Assembly: GCA_020536535.1 (NCBI GenBank)
Contig: JAHLWZ010000470.1
Coordinates: 62,084-126,083 of the forward strand
From: Pelomyxa schiedti
Lineage: Eukaryota > Protista > Evosea
Direction: 5' to 3'
DNA length: 64,000 nucleotides
The notes under the pieces are model-generated. The model searched no databases, was not told the DNA's origin, and saw nothing but the letters and a program-made list of their open reading frames with translations. Positions 49,801-61,659 of the stretch are shown here, in pieces (within the stretch, counting starts at the first letter, position 1; each line of letters starts with the position of its first letter). The position numbers and the translations under genes were made by a program.

Positions 49801-51987
49801 ATATACCCCTTAGTGCACAAATTGAACCCAAAGTACATCAAGGACTATTATGCACACTCCATAACAGCTACTATTGTATCTGAGATATGTGAAGTAATCT
49901 TAAGGAACACAAGTGGCTGCTTTGGCCTTCAAGTCTCTACTCCTAGCCACTTTTTCTTTTCCCTTACAGCCTGTATCCAGTCTAAGTCTAGCGTTACCCC
50001 ACCAACCCTTCACCAGCGCAGGCTTTCCCATTGCACACTTGCTGAAATCGGTCTTCAGTTTTTTATTACAATTACAAGTATCTCTAATCACCTGTAACCA
50101 CTATTTTTACTCTTTATAGAATGTGGTTCCCTCGAAGTGGTAGAAAATGCTACCACATGGAGAGTAGTTGTATTTATGCTGCAGCCTCATTCAGTGATTC
50201 CCCTTTGTCTTCAAAAACGTGCCTTTGATTTGCTGCTTCATACTCCCAGTTCTAGCACCCTTTTTTCCAAGGTTCCTTTAGACCTGATTCGTTCACATGC
50301 CACACGCGATAGTCCTTTGGCGCCAAGAGCCTTTATGCTTTTCACTAGGAATGCTTCCCATTGTATTTACCCAACTACTATCAAAGATCCTCATTTTTTC
50401 AGGTGCTGGCTTTCTCCAACAACATCGACTTGACAAAGTAATTGTTGAAGTTCTTCAGAGCCCAGTTGAACCCAGTGTAGGTGGCCAACCTTCTGATACA
50501 GTGTTATTCCACTCTGTAGTCAATTTCCTCTTCACATGTGTTAAACAGTGTGTGTTCTTGTTTTCATTACTGTACTGATCTCCATCAGTCCTAATTGCCT
50601 TTCTGTTGATTTTTTGGAAATTCTTATTCAGCACTGGAAAAAAGTATCCACCAGCCAACCTCTATTTGCTTACTGAAATCATAGTTATCACTTACCCCTG
50701 AAGTCAACCTGCTGCAGATTTGTGGTAGTATGGATATCACAAACCTCGAAGCAGAGACAATTTTTCATACATCCTGGAAATATGGCGCTATAAGTATATG
50801 GATATTGCATTTCCCCATTTAAATAGTTTCAGCTCCTGCAAATGACTCTAGTTTACCTGAGCTGCCCCCAAGTCCAAAAATTCCCAGTTGGGCACCAAGT
50901 ACTCCACAGCTCACTCCTTGGAACACACAGGTGCGCCTTCATCATAAGTCCTTTCATCTGACAAACCTCAGGGACTCACTGATGTTGACGTTCACCTTTA
51001 TCAGCCAACTACCAAATATGAAAGCACTCTTCAAAGGCGTATTATCACCCTATGGTAAAGCAATAATAATAAAAAACCCACCAAAGAACTCAAGTCATCT
51101 ATAGTTTATTGTCACATGACAATCTTGTACCAGTGCTCGCCCTTTCCTCACAATCCCCACTTGGTTTTATTGTTCCTCACTGGACTCTGGACCTGCGCTC
51201 CTTTGTCAGAAGTAGTGTTCCTTGAACCTTTTCCAGGGTTAATTGTGTTAAGTGCCACACATAACAACACAGGCGCTGCTTCAAGGTTTCTGTGGAATAT
51301 CGTCGGCTCTAGTCTACCTACACTCTTTACATGTTCCTTCCATGGGAGTCGATCCTGGTGAGAACCCTAACTTGCCATAAACAACCTATTTACTTCTTGA
51401 AAAGATAGAATTAAGGTATTGCAATATCAGATTGAAACTCTCATGTTTCAAAGGTGTGCCTTAGTAACGACAAAGTCTTAATGAAGTTGTTGCTCAAAGG
51501 GATCCCATCCCATGAAGGTTTGTTCGAGTGCACCCTTCCCTTAATTGATTCACAAAGATATCCATTCTACTTACGGAACCTCGAAGGATCCCGTTGGCCA
51601 AATCCCTTTGAGTGATATCTATTGCATTGGCGCGCTCTTGCACAGTATAATTCAGCGGAAAGTTGTGTGGCCTCCAGAAGTGCCGTACGATGCACTCCAT
51701 CCACCTTTTTTTTTCCCTTCCAACCAACACACAGACTCACTTTACCTGGGCCTACGAACCGCAATGAGCGGGCATCACCTCCACCAAACCACTTCCCGGA
51801 ATACCTTCTGCTTATATCCCAGTGCTGCTCACAGGCACACTTTCCGCATTTCTCTTCTGTCACCCGTTTTACACATACCACAGAACCCAGGCGAGGAACC
51901 GCAGTTGGCTACTGTTCACCAACAACTACTACTACTCAACAAAAGAGAGTGAAACCCACTCTTAGTACTAGGCAACAACGCAAATGA
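46867..51987 (+). CDS. TKL-group kinase, helical (ARM/HEAT-like) middle region and C-terminal pseudokinase
   Basis: Kinase: HSNIV, YVHSKGFLHCDVKSNNFM, DLGSAR, TLRWTAPE, CDVYSYG, CWSPTPGNRPEF. A second degenerate kinase at about 50970-51700 reads LSHDNLVPVL...DLRSFV, ISSALVYLHSLHVPSMGVDP, SDIYCIGALL. Confidence 0.82.
49204..49231 (+). repeat. (CCTTACT)4 tandem repeat, probably intronic
   Basis: Directly visible: ccttact ccttact ccttact ccttact. Confidence 0.8.
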
Positions 51988-52216
51988 GGGCCCGGCTCAT
52001 ACACAAAAGAGGGTTTTTGAACCCCAAAAACTGAGGTTACAAATTTGTAACTTGTAACCAAGAAGAATCAAAACAACAGGTTTTGTCTTACTAGTTCATT
52101 GATTGGATTTAGCTAGTTTTCAAGCGCCCCAGTGACGTGGAAACTGTTTTCCGCAACCTAAAAAAAAAAAGACTCAACAACAGTAAAAACTGAGCAAGAG
52201 GGATGCCATACCAATC

Positions 52217-52864
52217 CTACGAATCTGCAGTGAACACAAATGCATCTCTTGTTCTGCAGAGGAAGCGAACTTTCTGCCACGGTGGAATCAGAAACTCAGC
52301 CTCCTCAGGGTGCGTGCTAACATCTCCAAGGTACTTTTTAGGCACGTTCTCGAACTTGAGCAGCACCGGGCCAAATCCCATGGCAACATCCCTCCTGGCT
52401 GAAGTAGCCGCGAATGACTTCATTGAGAACGGCCGGTTCCGCAGGTCAGTTACTATGCTCTCCAATCTCGCCTGGTCCACGTCTATTCCCCTCCATGTGT
52501 CAGTGTCCCTGTTTGGCGTGTCACGACAAGAATGAGCCAGGGCCACGGCGATCTTGTCGACCTCCTGGGCCACGAGTGCGCCGTTTGGGCTGTCGGATAG
52601 CATGCAATCTCGTATCTTGTGGTACACAGAGTCGGTCGACCACAGCCACAGAGCTATTGCCTTGGTGCGCGCGTCGAGGTTCTTGATCGGGGATATGACA
52701 GGGAGAGGGATCTGACACATGGAGAGGCCGCCCTGGACAACAACGTCCCAGAAATCGGGCAGCTTACGCAACAGGCAGCGAGGCAAATCGGTGCTGGGGC
52801 TGGTCGTGAATTGAAAATCACTGATGCGCGAGGTAAATCTTGCATTTCTTTTGGTATAACTCAT
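52217..52864 (-). CDS. Mono-ADP-ribosyltransferase, R-S-E (ARTC/VIP2-like) class; start uncertain (possible upstream exon at about 52957-53030)
   Basis: LWLWSTDSVYHKI (helical lead-in), TWRGI (R), SFAATS (STS region), VAMGFG, DVSTHPEEAEFLIPP (ExE). Confidence 0.8.
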   Translation of the reverse strand: MSYTKRNARFTSRISDFQFTTSPSTDLPRCLLRKLPDFWDVVVQGGLSMCQIPLPVISPIKNLDARTKAIALWLWSTDSVYHKIRDCMLSDSPNGALVAQEVDKIAVALAHSCRDTPNRDTDTWRGIDVDQARLESIVTDLRNRPFSMKSFAATSARRDVAMGFGPVLLKFENVPKKYLGDVSTHPEEAEFLIPPWQKVRFLCRTRDAFVFTADS

Positions 52865-53033
52865 CCTCCCCACGGTAGATCCGACACTGAACGCTTGGAG
52901 ACTTGACCTGAGCCTTGTTAATGTGGAAAAATAAAAAGAACAATAATCCGTCACTTATGTTGTAGCCGAGATTGACATGTTCCAATTTTAGGACAACAAT
53001 GACATGTTGGCATGTTTGCAGGCAACATAAAGC

Positions 53034-56000
53034 ATGGATCAAGGAAACGCAGAATGTGTGCATTATGCTTTCTGGGATCGTGATGGTACCCTAGCCCTGA
53101 GGTAGGTCCTGTTTTCAGTTCATCAGTTTCCGATCACATACAACCGAAAACGAAGCCACACAGGGCTGCACGGGGGCGGCCCGGGAGGGCCATTTGCACC
53201 AATCCCAACAGTGCATACTTCCGAGCAGAAAGTTCGCTTGTGGCGTTGCTAAAGAGGGCTCTGCAAGGGACCTGGGACCCCATGGACACACTGGCGGCAA
53301 CATTCTCCCAGAGGCCAGAGCTTTTCGCGCGCTTGCGCAATTGGGCAGAGTGGTTGGTGGATAATAGATCCGAGGCTGAGTGGGAGGCAGTTGCAGTGGA
53401 GTGGGCCAAGGCTGCTGGAAGATCACAACAAACCACAGCTGAGGCACAGGTCCAGCGAGACCTCTGGGCCATTTTTAACCAGAGGTCCAAGCACTCGTAC
53501 ACGCGGCAACTGTTTCTCCACAGTCTCAGTGAGCTGCAAAGTTTAAAGCCAAGGCTTGCCAGAGTTATCTTGGCGCTCTCGTACATTATGAAGGTTGTTC
53601 AAAGCACTTTTTTTTGAGGGTATTTTGTCCCTCATTTCTTCTATAGTATGAAGCACCAGAAATTCGGGTAGATATAGACACAAATACCACACTCACACCA
53701 TCCACCACTGCCACAACATCAACTACAGCAACATCCACCCCCGCAGCTGTACTCATAGCCCCAATTTCATCTTCTCTACTGCCTTTGGACCTTAGTGCCA
53801 CAGCTGATTCTAGCCTTGGCTCAGCTGAGCCTGAACTGGGCACAACACTCTTCCATAAGACATGGGGTACAACCGAGACCACATGTGACTCATATTGGGC
53901 TCACAAGCTAAAACTGGAAGATATAAACAATCTTTCTGCCAAGAATTGGCCACAGCGGGATAGACTGGCCATGGAAAAATTACTCCAAAACAGCAATGTA
54001 ACCTATGAAATATATGGGGAGGATAATGGCCAGGCATGTGAGCGGCTTGGATGGAGCCTTGGTTGGCCTGTTATCACATGTACTCTCTTGGAACCAAATG
54101 ATGGTACCATGGGCTGGAAAATTTCACATGAAATTAACATAAAGATACACCTAGTGACATTATCGGAACTCAAATCCAAATATCTTGATGGAAAACCATA
54201 CCTATTTTGTCTACACTGTTCCCAGGTTTGGAACTTGAGCATGATTCATAAATAGTGATTTTTTAACAAAAAAAAAAGAAAGACTGTGACAAACTGCCAG
54301 ACATATGTCAGTAAGTTTACTTATATTTTCTGTGCACACTGCTCATAGATTTGGCATAGAATTTTTAAGCAAATCAACTCTAACCTCCGCATTGTCTTGA
54401 TTGGGTTGGAGCCTATTGCACTAGAAAAAGCTGGTTTGCCCTATGGGTTTTGCTATTCACTGGTATGTTATCTTCCCCCAGTTCCTATTTTAATAAGGAG
54501 TGAAGGATATGTCACTTACGTACCAATCAGTTCTAGCCACTTTAGCTTACCTCTTTGGTGAAGGATCCTTATTCTTTGGGACTCACCACCAAGTCCAAGA
54601 GATAGAGAAGGTGTTACCTACTTCTTAGCTTTATAGCCAATAACTTCCCGATTTTCAGCTTGCAACAAAACTTGTTGGAAGCAGAGAACTGCTCAAAAAG
54701 TTTCTTGAAATGTACAGAGTTCTAATGTTAAAATACCAGTGGAGCTATTTTTATATTGTTGACAGAGTGTACAATGATTACACAAAAAAGACATTCAAAT
54801 CCATTAGTGACTGCCTCAGGAAAGCATATGACAACATGTGCAACCCGTATACTAAGTGATCACCCTGCCAGTCTTAAATGTGAAGCAGGCATCAGAGCAC
54901 AATGAGGATAGAGAAAAAATACTTGCAGAAATGCCTGGATATTGCATGGGGTGCTTCAAGGTGCATGCAGAAGTCCTCGGAATCAGCAATTGTATCTGTT
55001 CTTATCCCAAGGAACACTGAAGGTTTCTTTTTCTCTTTTCCATATAACCATCAGCAGATTACTATCAAGTCATAAAATTGGGCAGCTTGTTGAACATAGC
55101 TGGAATATTGAGAGTTACACCCGTTCCTGATGGTGCTCTAATCACTCCCCCTTCACCTTGGGTGATGGACAGGCTCACTTCAAGGCAACATGACCTACTC
55201 TGGTTTACAGGCTCATTAGAAAGTCTCTCTCAGTTCCGGCCCACTGTTGGTGGATCAGTAATGGAGCGCGCTGTATTTGAGGAAGTGGCATCAGGGCCCA
55301 GTCCTTTGATTACAACCATATGTGAGAACACAGATTACTGGATTTTCCCTTGTAAATTGTCTCCATTGCCTGCATAAACCCAGTTTAAATAGTGAGGAAC
55401 AAGTCAAAAGCACAGAAGTTCAAAAATGTGGCTGATGTTGACTGCAGAATTCTGATGGAAAGGGGCACTGTGGCCATTGCTGGAGATGAAAGCACTGGCC
55501 TTACATTTAAGATTGACCTTCGCTTTGTACTTATGAAGCTCAGTTTGTGTAGTTTCTTTTATTTTGTCTCCTCTCTGAAATTGACTGCTCTGTAGAAGGT
55601 CACACAGACATCAACCCCTTCATACCATGTATGTCTATCAACAAACATCACCACTCCCAAATACATGCAGGCAATATCCAGATTTCCGTGGAACGAGACG
55701 GGAATACAAAAAAGTGCAAGGACTTCTTTATTCTGTCAACAGAAAGAAATGAGGCTTGTATGCTATCACCAAGATACTAGATTTTCTCATCCAAAATAGC
55801 ATTCATAGTGTTTTTTTCCCTTTACCCTTTTACTTTTGATGTGGACCTCCAGTGTTTCCTTCATGGAATTACAGACCAGAACACACCAAATTGTGTATGT
55901 TGCCCAACCCATAATTGGGTCCCTCTCCATTTATTGGCTTTCTCTCTTCAGCTTGCTGGCAGATCCTTCCAGATGCAAATCTTTCACCACTTTGTGATTG

Positions 56001-56620
56001 TGTGTGGCTCACAGGCCCTTGCTCTAATGAAGCACATTCCAGATCTATGGGAGTCCCCCGCCAGTGATGAAGTGGTCTGGCCTGATCCATGTAGATGTAT
56101 GAATTAAGTAATTACCACTAGATTAACAACTTATTAGCTGGTGATGACCAGGTCATAAACTTGAAGTTCACAGAACTGAGAGACTTCCTTAAAGGCAAGG
56201 ATCAGATTGAGTTTGCTTCCCTCAAGGAACTCATACAAGATGACCCAAAGTTGCAAAAAAAACTCATCAATGGTCACCCATCTGTTGAGGGAGCTCAGCT
56301 CTTCCTGAAGGAGGCAAAGGCTTTGAGGCTGGAACATCTTGTGTGTACTTGTGTCATTATATTTTTTGACCACCTTACAGAAGAATAATGTACGCAAATA
56401 TTTGCCACCCCAGAACTACTACCTACAGGGGGTGCTGGACCTGCTTCCAGATGAAGGCACAGTCCATGAGCAGCTCTCATCACTAACAAATAGTGTCTCA
56501 GCTGATTGTGTGGTAAGGGCATTGGGTCACAAGTTTGTGCCATATTTCATGGAGCAATACACTACATGTGATGAAAGACAAACCAACCCACCAGCTTCTA
56601 AGAAATTGAGAAAGCAATAA
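53034..56620 (+). CDS. Crinkler/RHS-like protein A: helical header, degenerate NTPase-like domain, PD-(D/E)xK-like nuclease
   Basis: Multi-exon and clearly paralogous to 57878-61494 (KPRLARVILAL, DSYWAHKLKLE, FKSISDCLR, GDESTG..KIDL). Nuclease-like motifs are GGSVMERAV, KIDLRF and NIQIS...KK. The 5' exon is inferred. Gene existence is well supported; the function call is tentative. Confidence 0.6.
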
Positions 56621-56933
56621 CAATAAAAGCAAACCAGTTTTTTAAATGGTACATTCCCAAAGAGGCTCTGTTGATGTTGACAGCTTCCAGGGGTACCAGT
56701 AGTGACTAATTCGCCATAGAACCAGTGGCTGGGTTCAAAATGTTGTTTAATGTGATGGAGTGCCATGTTATTAGAAGTTTACATTTTGTTTGTAGGTAGC
56801 TTGGGAAGATTTTTGTATTTTGTGGTGTGTGGTGATACCGGGATGTGGGAAAGGCCTGCAGAGTACCTGAAGAGTTTCTCTCCCTTATTAACTACAACGC
56901 AGGCTGCCCACCACCAGAATCAAAGTTCCGAAC

Positions 56934-57797
56934 CTAATCCCAAAGGCGGCAGCTGAAACAGGTGTTGTGAAATAACCAAAGGTGAAATCGACGCGGTTGT
57001 AACTCAGACCCAGCAAGCCCTACGTCTGCAGGGGTAAACTTGTTAGTGAAGCCAAACGACACCGGAGAGCCAACATATTGTTAACGTACATTTGGCACTG
57101 AAAGGTCTTTATAAGCATGGAGACACCATGTATCCTTGCAACAGTTATTCGGGTCTCTTTATATGTTACCACCGCTGTTCTGACCTTGCTTTCTGTTGAT
57201 ATATAAGTCAGAAAATGTTTGTTCAGCAGGGAGGCGTTCCTCCAATCTTATAACTCACACACTGTAAGAGAATGTAGAAAACAAAAGCATTGATGTTGGG
57301 GCCGGTCTGGTTCCCCTGCGCGAGGGAGCATTCCGTGCCTGGTGCCACTTAAGATCTAATAGTTCAGGTACCTCACGAAAAAACAACCGACTGTCTGCAG
57401 TGCGGCTCTGTGCGCTGCCGCTTCATTTCTAATCCTCAACTTATTACACTTTTCTCACTTATTGCCCAGTTAATCTTGCATGGCCTAAAATGTCTCCACT
57501 NNNNNNNNNNNNNNNNNNNNNNNNNNNNNNNNNNNNNNNNNNNNNNNNNNNNNNNNNNNNNNNNNNNNNNNNNNNNNNNNNNNNNNNNNNNNNNNNNNNN
57601 AAAACAACCGACTGTCTGCAGTGCGGCTCTGTGCGCTGCCGCTTCATTTCTAATCCTCAACTTATTACACTTTTCTCACTTATTGCCCAGTTAATCTTGC
57701 ATGGCCTAAAATGTCTCCACTGGAGCTCTGAACTTGCCGGACTCAGTTTCTGTAATCCTCCTATTGACACCCCCTTTTGGGAGATGCCACGCTCCAT
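56934..57797 (-). CDS. Possible small multi-exon hypothetical gene spanning the assembly gap
   Basis: ATG at 57797 followed by a regular series of GT...AG intron-like segments separating open stretches (e.g. DTWCLHAYKDLSVPN/FTPADVGLAGS). No recognisable motif. Confidence 0.3.
57380..57721. repeat. Exact 121-bp direct duplication (57380-57500 = 57601-57721) flanking a 100-N gap; assembly overlap
   Basis: Identical sequence abuts both sides of N-run 57501-57600. Confidence 0.9.
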
Positions 57798-57877
57798 GGT
57801 ATTCGTAACTCAAAATTGCAAACCCACATCTTTTCTTAAAAAAAAAACCACAATGAAAAGTGAAGCTATGTATACTT

Positions 57878-60800
57878 CTATGTACCATTTGGTGGGTGGG
57901 GTCTCTTTCTTGTGGTATCAACTCTATTCTTTTTGAGAGGAACAGTAGCAGGATTTGCATTGGCAGCATCACTTGCGGCTGGTTCCTGGTCACAGTACTG
58001 CTCCCAATAGCCTGGTGTAAACTTGTGGGTGAGCTCTTTGAGGCGGAATTCAACGGCATATGGGGAGGTGAGGTTACTCAGGCCTTGTCGCACTTCATCC
58101 TTGTCAGGCAGCAGATCCAGAGCTCCTTGTAATAGGTGGTTGCCAGGGGGGATAAAATTTTTTTTAATTGTTTGCTTCTGTGGTAGTGGTTAATACCAAA
58201 AGGGAAAAAGAAAGCTAGGTTGGTGCACATACGAGAAGCTGAAGGCTATGGGTTCCGGCTTCCATGCAGAGAAACTGAGCACCCTCGGCTGATACCTCGG
58301 CATTGAGGAAATGCTTAAACAACTTCTCGTTGTTCATGATGAGCTCCTGGTGTGAGTTAAGCATAAACCGTTCCTTGCCGTGCAGCAAATCTTGGAGTTT
58401 GGCAAACTTTTCATCATCCTCTTCTGTGAGGACTAAGTGTTAGTTGGGTTGCACAACATTTCTTTAGGTATCACATACCGGTGGGTTGCTGCCAGGTTCC
58501 AACATTCCCACTAGGGCATGCCCACAAGTCTGGGATCTGTTTCATGAGGCTGATGGCTTCTGCACCACTAACTATGAAGAATTCTCGAAATACAGCTTCA
58601 TCAAAGTCTTTACCAACAAGCTGGCAGGTGGGAGTCAAAATGTGCAAGTCTATTGCGCAAAAACTTACACAGTTGGGTTTACATTGTTGAATGCCTCGAA
58701 GGAAATTTCGTAAATCCTCTGTTAACTCAAAGGGATATAAGCAAAGGAAGACGATCTTTGCTGGGTTTTTTGTGGATGTAAGAAGACATTAAAAGATTTT
58801 TTTTGAGAGCATACATGCGAAATTTAGAAGTGTCATCAGTATAAAGAATTCTAGACATTTTAGAGCATTACCTTCCCGTTCTGCTGAGGCTTGGACATTG
58901 CCTGTTTTATTTTTGTTGTCAGTTGCTGTCTCAGCGCATAACTGGAAGGTAGGGTAATAGACATACATGTGATGTTGGAGGGGAGGGAGCCATCTACACC
59001 TACATAAATATTAGGAGCAGGTACCAATAAATTCTGGTCCCCAAACCAATTCTCTCAAGACTGAAACATAGATCAATTTTGCAGGTCTTTCCAGTACTCT
59101 CGTCGCCAGCAACGCCAACGATTCCTTGCCCTCTCAGTATATCACATTTCGCTTTAGCGGCATCATTGAATTTAAGGTATGACGCTCTGTTCTGCACTGG
59201 TTGTTGTCAGTGTAAAATAAGAGTAATTGAGAAAGTTACATGGGCTCAGCCGATATTGGGATTGTCCATTAATGAAGGACAAGAACGCTGTGGGACCCGT
59301 TGCTACTTCATGGAATAGACCACGCTCCAACACCACCCCTCCAACACTGGGGCGTAGCTGACAGATTTCCTTAAGAGAAGGTGTAAACCACCGAAGGGTA
59401 TGGTGTCTGGTGCTAAGCACATCCATAGCCCATGCTGAAGGAGGGGTGACCAGTGCCCCATTTTTAACTGGTGTTACCCTTAGCACACCAGCAGTGTGGA
59501 GTGTACCTCCAAGCTGCATTATTTTGCTGTAATCTACTGGAAGTTAAAGGGATGTAAAGTTACAGAATGGTGGTACCTTCTGTATTACGGGGAATTAATA
59601 TGGACTTAATGGTGAAGTTGGGGGACCTTTCTAGATAGCGAGGAGCACTCCATACAATATCCAGACACCGAGTAAAGTCTTTCTTTATTTGAGGCATCTT
59701 AGTGTAGTAGCTATGTTACAGTTAGGGACATAAGGTGATAACTTGTTAACATACGAATTAAACAACCAGTCGTATGAACGCCTTAAACAATCACTAATGG
59801 ATTTGAACTTCATTGCTTCATGATCACTGCAAACTCTGTGAAACTGGGTTAGGAGGTAAGAGTGCTTCTTGGGTACATGCATCTCAAGAAACTTCTTTAA
59901 AAGTTCTTTCTGCTCAGCGAGCTTTGGTGCCAGCTGTAAAAAGTAGGAGAAAAAAATTGTAGAATAACAGTAAACTAAACCTTTCCAATTTCTTGGTTCT
60001 GATGACAGCCCCCAAAAAATAAGGATGTTTCTCCAAATATATAAAACAAAGTATCCAGAACTGTTTGACTATCAAGAGACATGTCCTAAGGTATGGGGTC
60101 CATATTACAAGGTAAAAATGGTGCAACAAGAGAACCAGAGTACAACTAGCTGGCATTCCTATCTCATTTAGGGTATTAGGTGCCACTCCACTCAAGACGA
60201 CGCGGAGGTTGGGGTTGACCTCTTTTAAACACCTTTCAAAGAAACGTGAGAAAAAAAAAACATAAAAAGGAATCTTACAGGTATATATCTTGGAGCCTAT
60301 CACATTCCTTTGAAAGGTGAGGAGGAAAACCGGTTTGAGACTAAAACCTGAGAACACTTCAAATGATACAGACATGGTGCCCCTTCGAGGCTCTTGACTT
60401 CTAATAAGGCAGCTCGAATGTGTATCCAATTAGATTGAGGTGTCATCAGTCATTAGAGTTACCTTGATCAAATGTTTTAAGACGTTTGGTAATGATAGCC
60501 CAGTTGAGAGTGGCTGCCAGCCGTGTCAGCACTTTAGAGGTGTCCTCTTTGATAACTTCAAAGGGGCCGGTATTGGCTTCTAGTTTCTCCTTGGCCAACC
60601 TGTCAGGTGAAGGCCAGTTTGCTGACGATAAGTTCTGGATGGTTTCAAGCTTCAACTTGTGCGCATAATAAGAGTCGGATGTACAATCGGACTCATTCCA
60701 CGTGATATCGAAGAGGTTGGAGTGGAGATTAGGTTGTGGAACTGGGTATGCAACTGGGGTATCAATTGGAGAGATTATAGGCACTGGAGAAGAAGATATA

Positions 60801-61494
60801 GAGGATGTTGTGGTGGAGGGTGCCTCAATATCTTCAACTTGTGGTTTCTCGTACTAAGAAGAAGTGAGGGAAGTTGTAGTGTGTGGGAATACAAGTTGTT
60901 GTTGTTGTAAGATATACGGTCTAGGTGACCAAAAAAAGAAGGTTTGACCTTAAGAATATAAGCAAGGGCCAAAATTATCCTAGCGAGTCGCGGTTTTGCT
61001 TCACGCAGTACTGAAATACTCTCCAAAAAGATGTTTTTCCCAAATGCTGCGTTGGCCTTCTGCTCGAAGATAGCATACAAAGTCTTTTCGATCGGCGGCT
61101 GTTCCGTGGCCGATGCTGGATCCGAGTTTTTGGCATCAACAGCGAGCCGTTGCGCCACCGCCAACCATTTTTCTTCGTCCGCTTCCTGTAATACTGTAGT
61201 TGCTAGTTCCTCCAACTTGGAGAACAGCCTGGGGTCGCTTTTAAAAGTAGCTGCAAGGCTACCGTCAAACACATTGTGGGTTCCATTCTTTAGAAATGTG
61301 ACGGTGGCACTGTTTGCTTGGAAGAAGTTGCTGTCGGGGTTTTTCCTTGCCTTAGATTTTTTTGGTTTTTTAGTGTTGTGTGGTGACGACGTCGATGTTG
61401 ATGTAGGTGACGGTGACAGTGACAGTGACGCGGTCGCCTCGGGTGAGTCAGGATCGTCTTGTTTTGCGTGTGGTTTGTGACTGAGACGCGACAT
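57878..61494 (-). CDS. Crinkler/RHS-like protein B (paralog of 53034-56620)
   Basis: Same exon order and shared intron positions as paralog A. Motifs GGVVLERGLF, KIDLCF, NVQAS...K. Basic NLS-like KKPKKSKARK and KKNR...RKRP. Confidence 0.6.
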
Positions 61495-61659
61495 TGTATT
61501 AGAATGTCGCGTTGCAGTGGGTGTTAGTGGTGAGCACCACTGATTTGTTATTTGGTGTGGGGCTTTTAATTTGTAGCCGAGATTTGGATGTCCCTGTTTA
61601 AGTGTTTCTCATAAACTGACATTTCGGCGTTTAAGGTTTGTTACATAAGTTTCAATGGT

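Noticed and set aside
40846-52143. Identical 12-mer GTGACGTGGAAA (bZIP/UPRE-like) in two intergenic regions (40846 and 52132)
   Set aside because: Only two occurrences, and one lies between converging 3' ends. Not enough to call a regulatory site.
53134-53586. Antisense 150-aa ORF that could splice onto the ART gene
   Set aside because: The plus-strand frame is the one conserved with paralog B, and the best donor site creates a stop codon.
57380-57721. Direct repeat suggesting an LTR or target-site duplication between the two paralogs
   Set aside because: It is an exact 121-bp overlap on both sides of a gap, i.e. a scaffolding artefact.
60380-60465. Apparent premature stop and frameshift in paralog B (pseudogene?)
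   Set aside because: A phase-1 GT-AG intron of about 50 nt removes the stop and restores alignment with paralog A, which has an intron at the same position.
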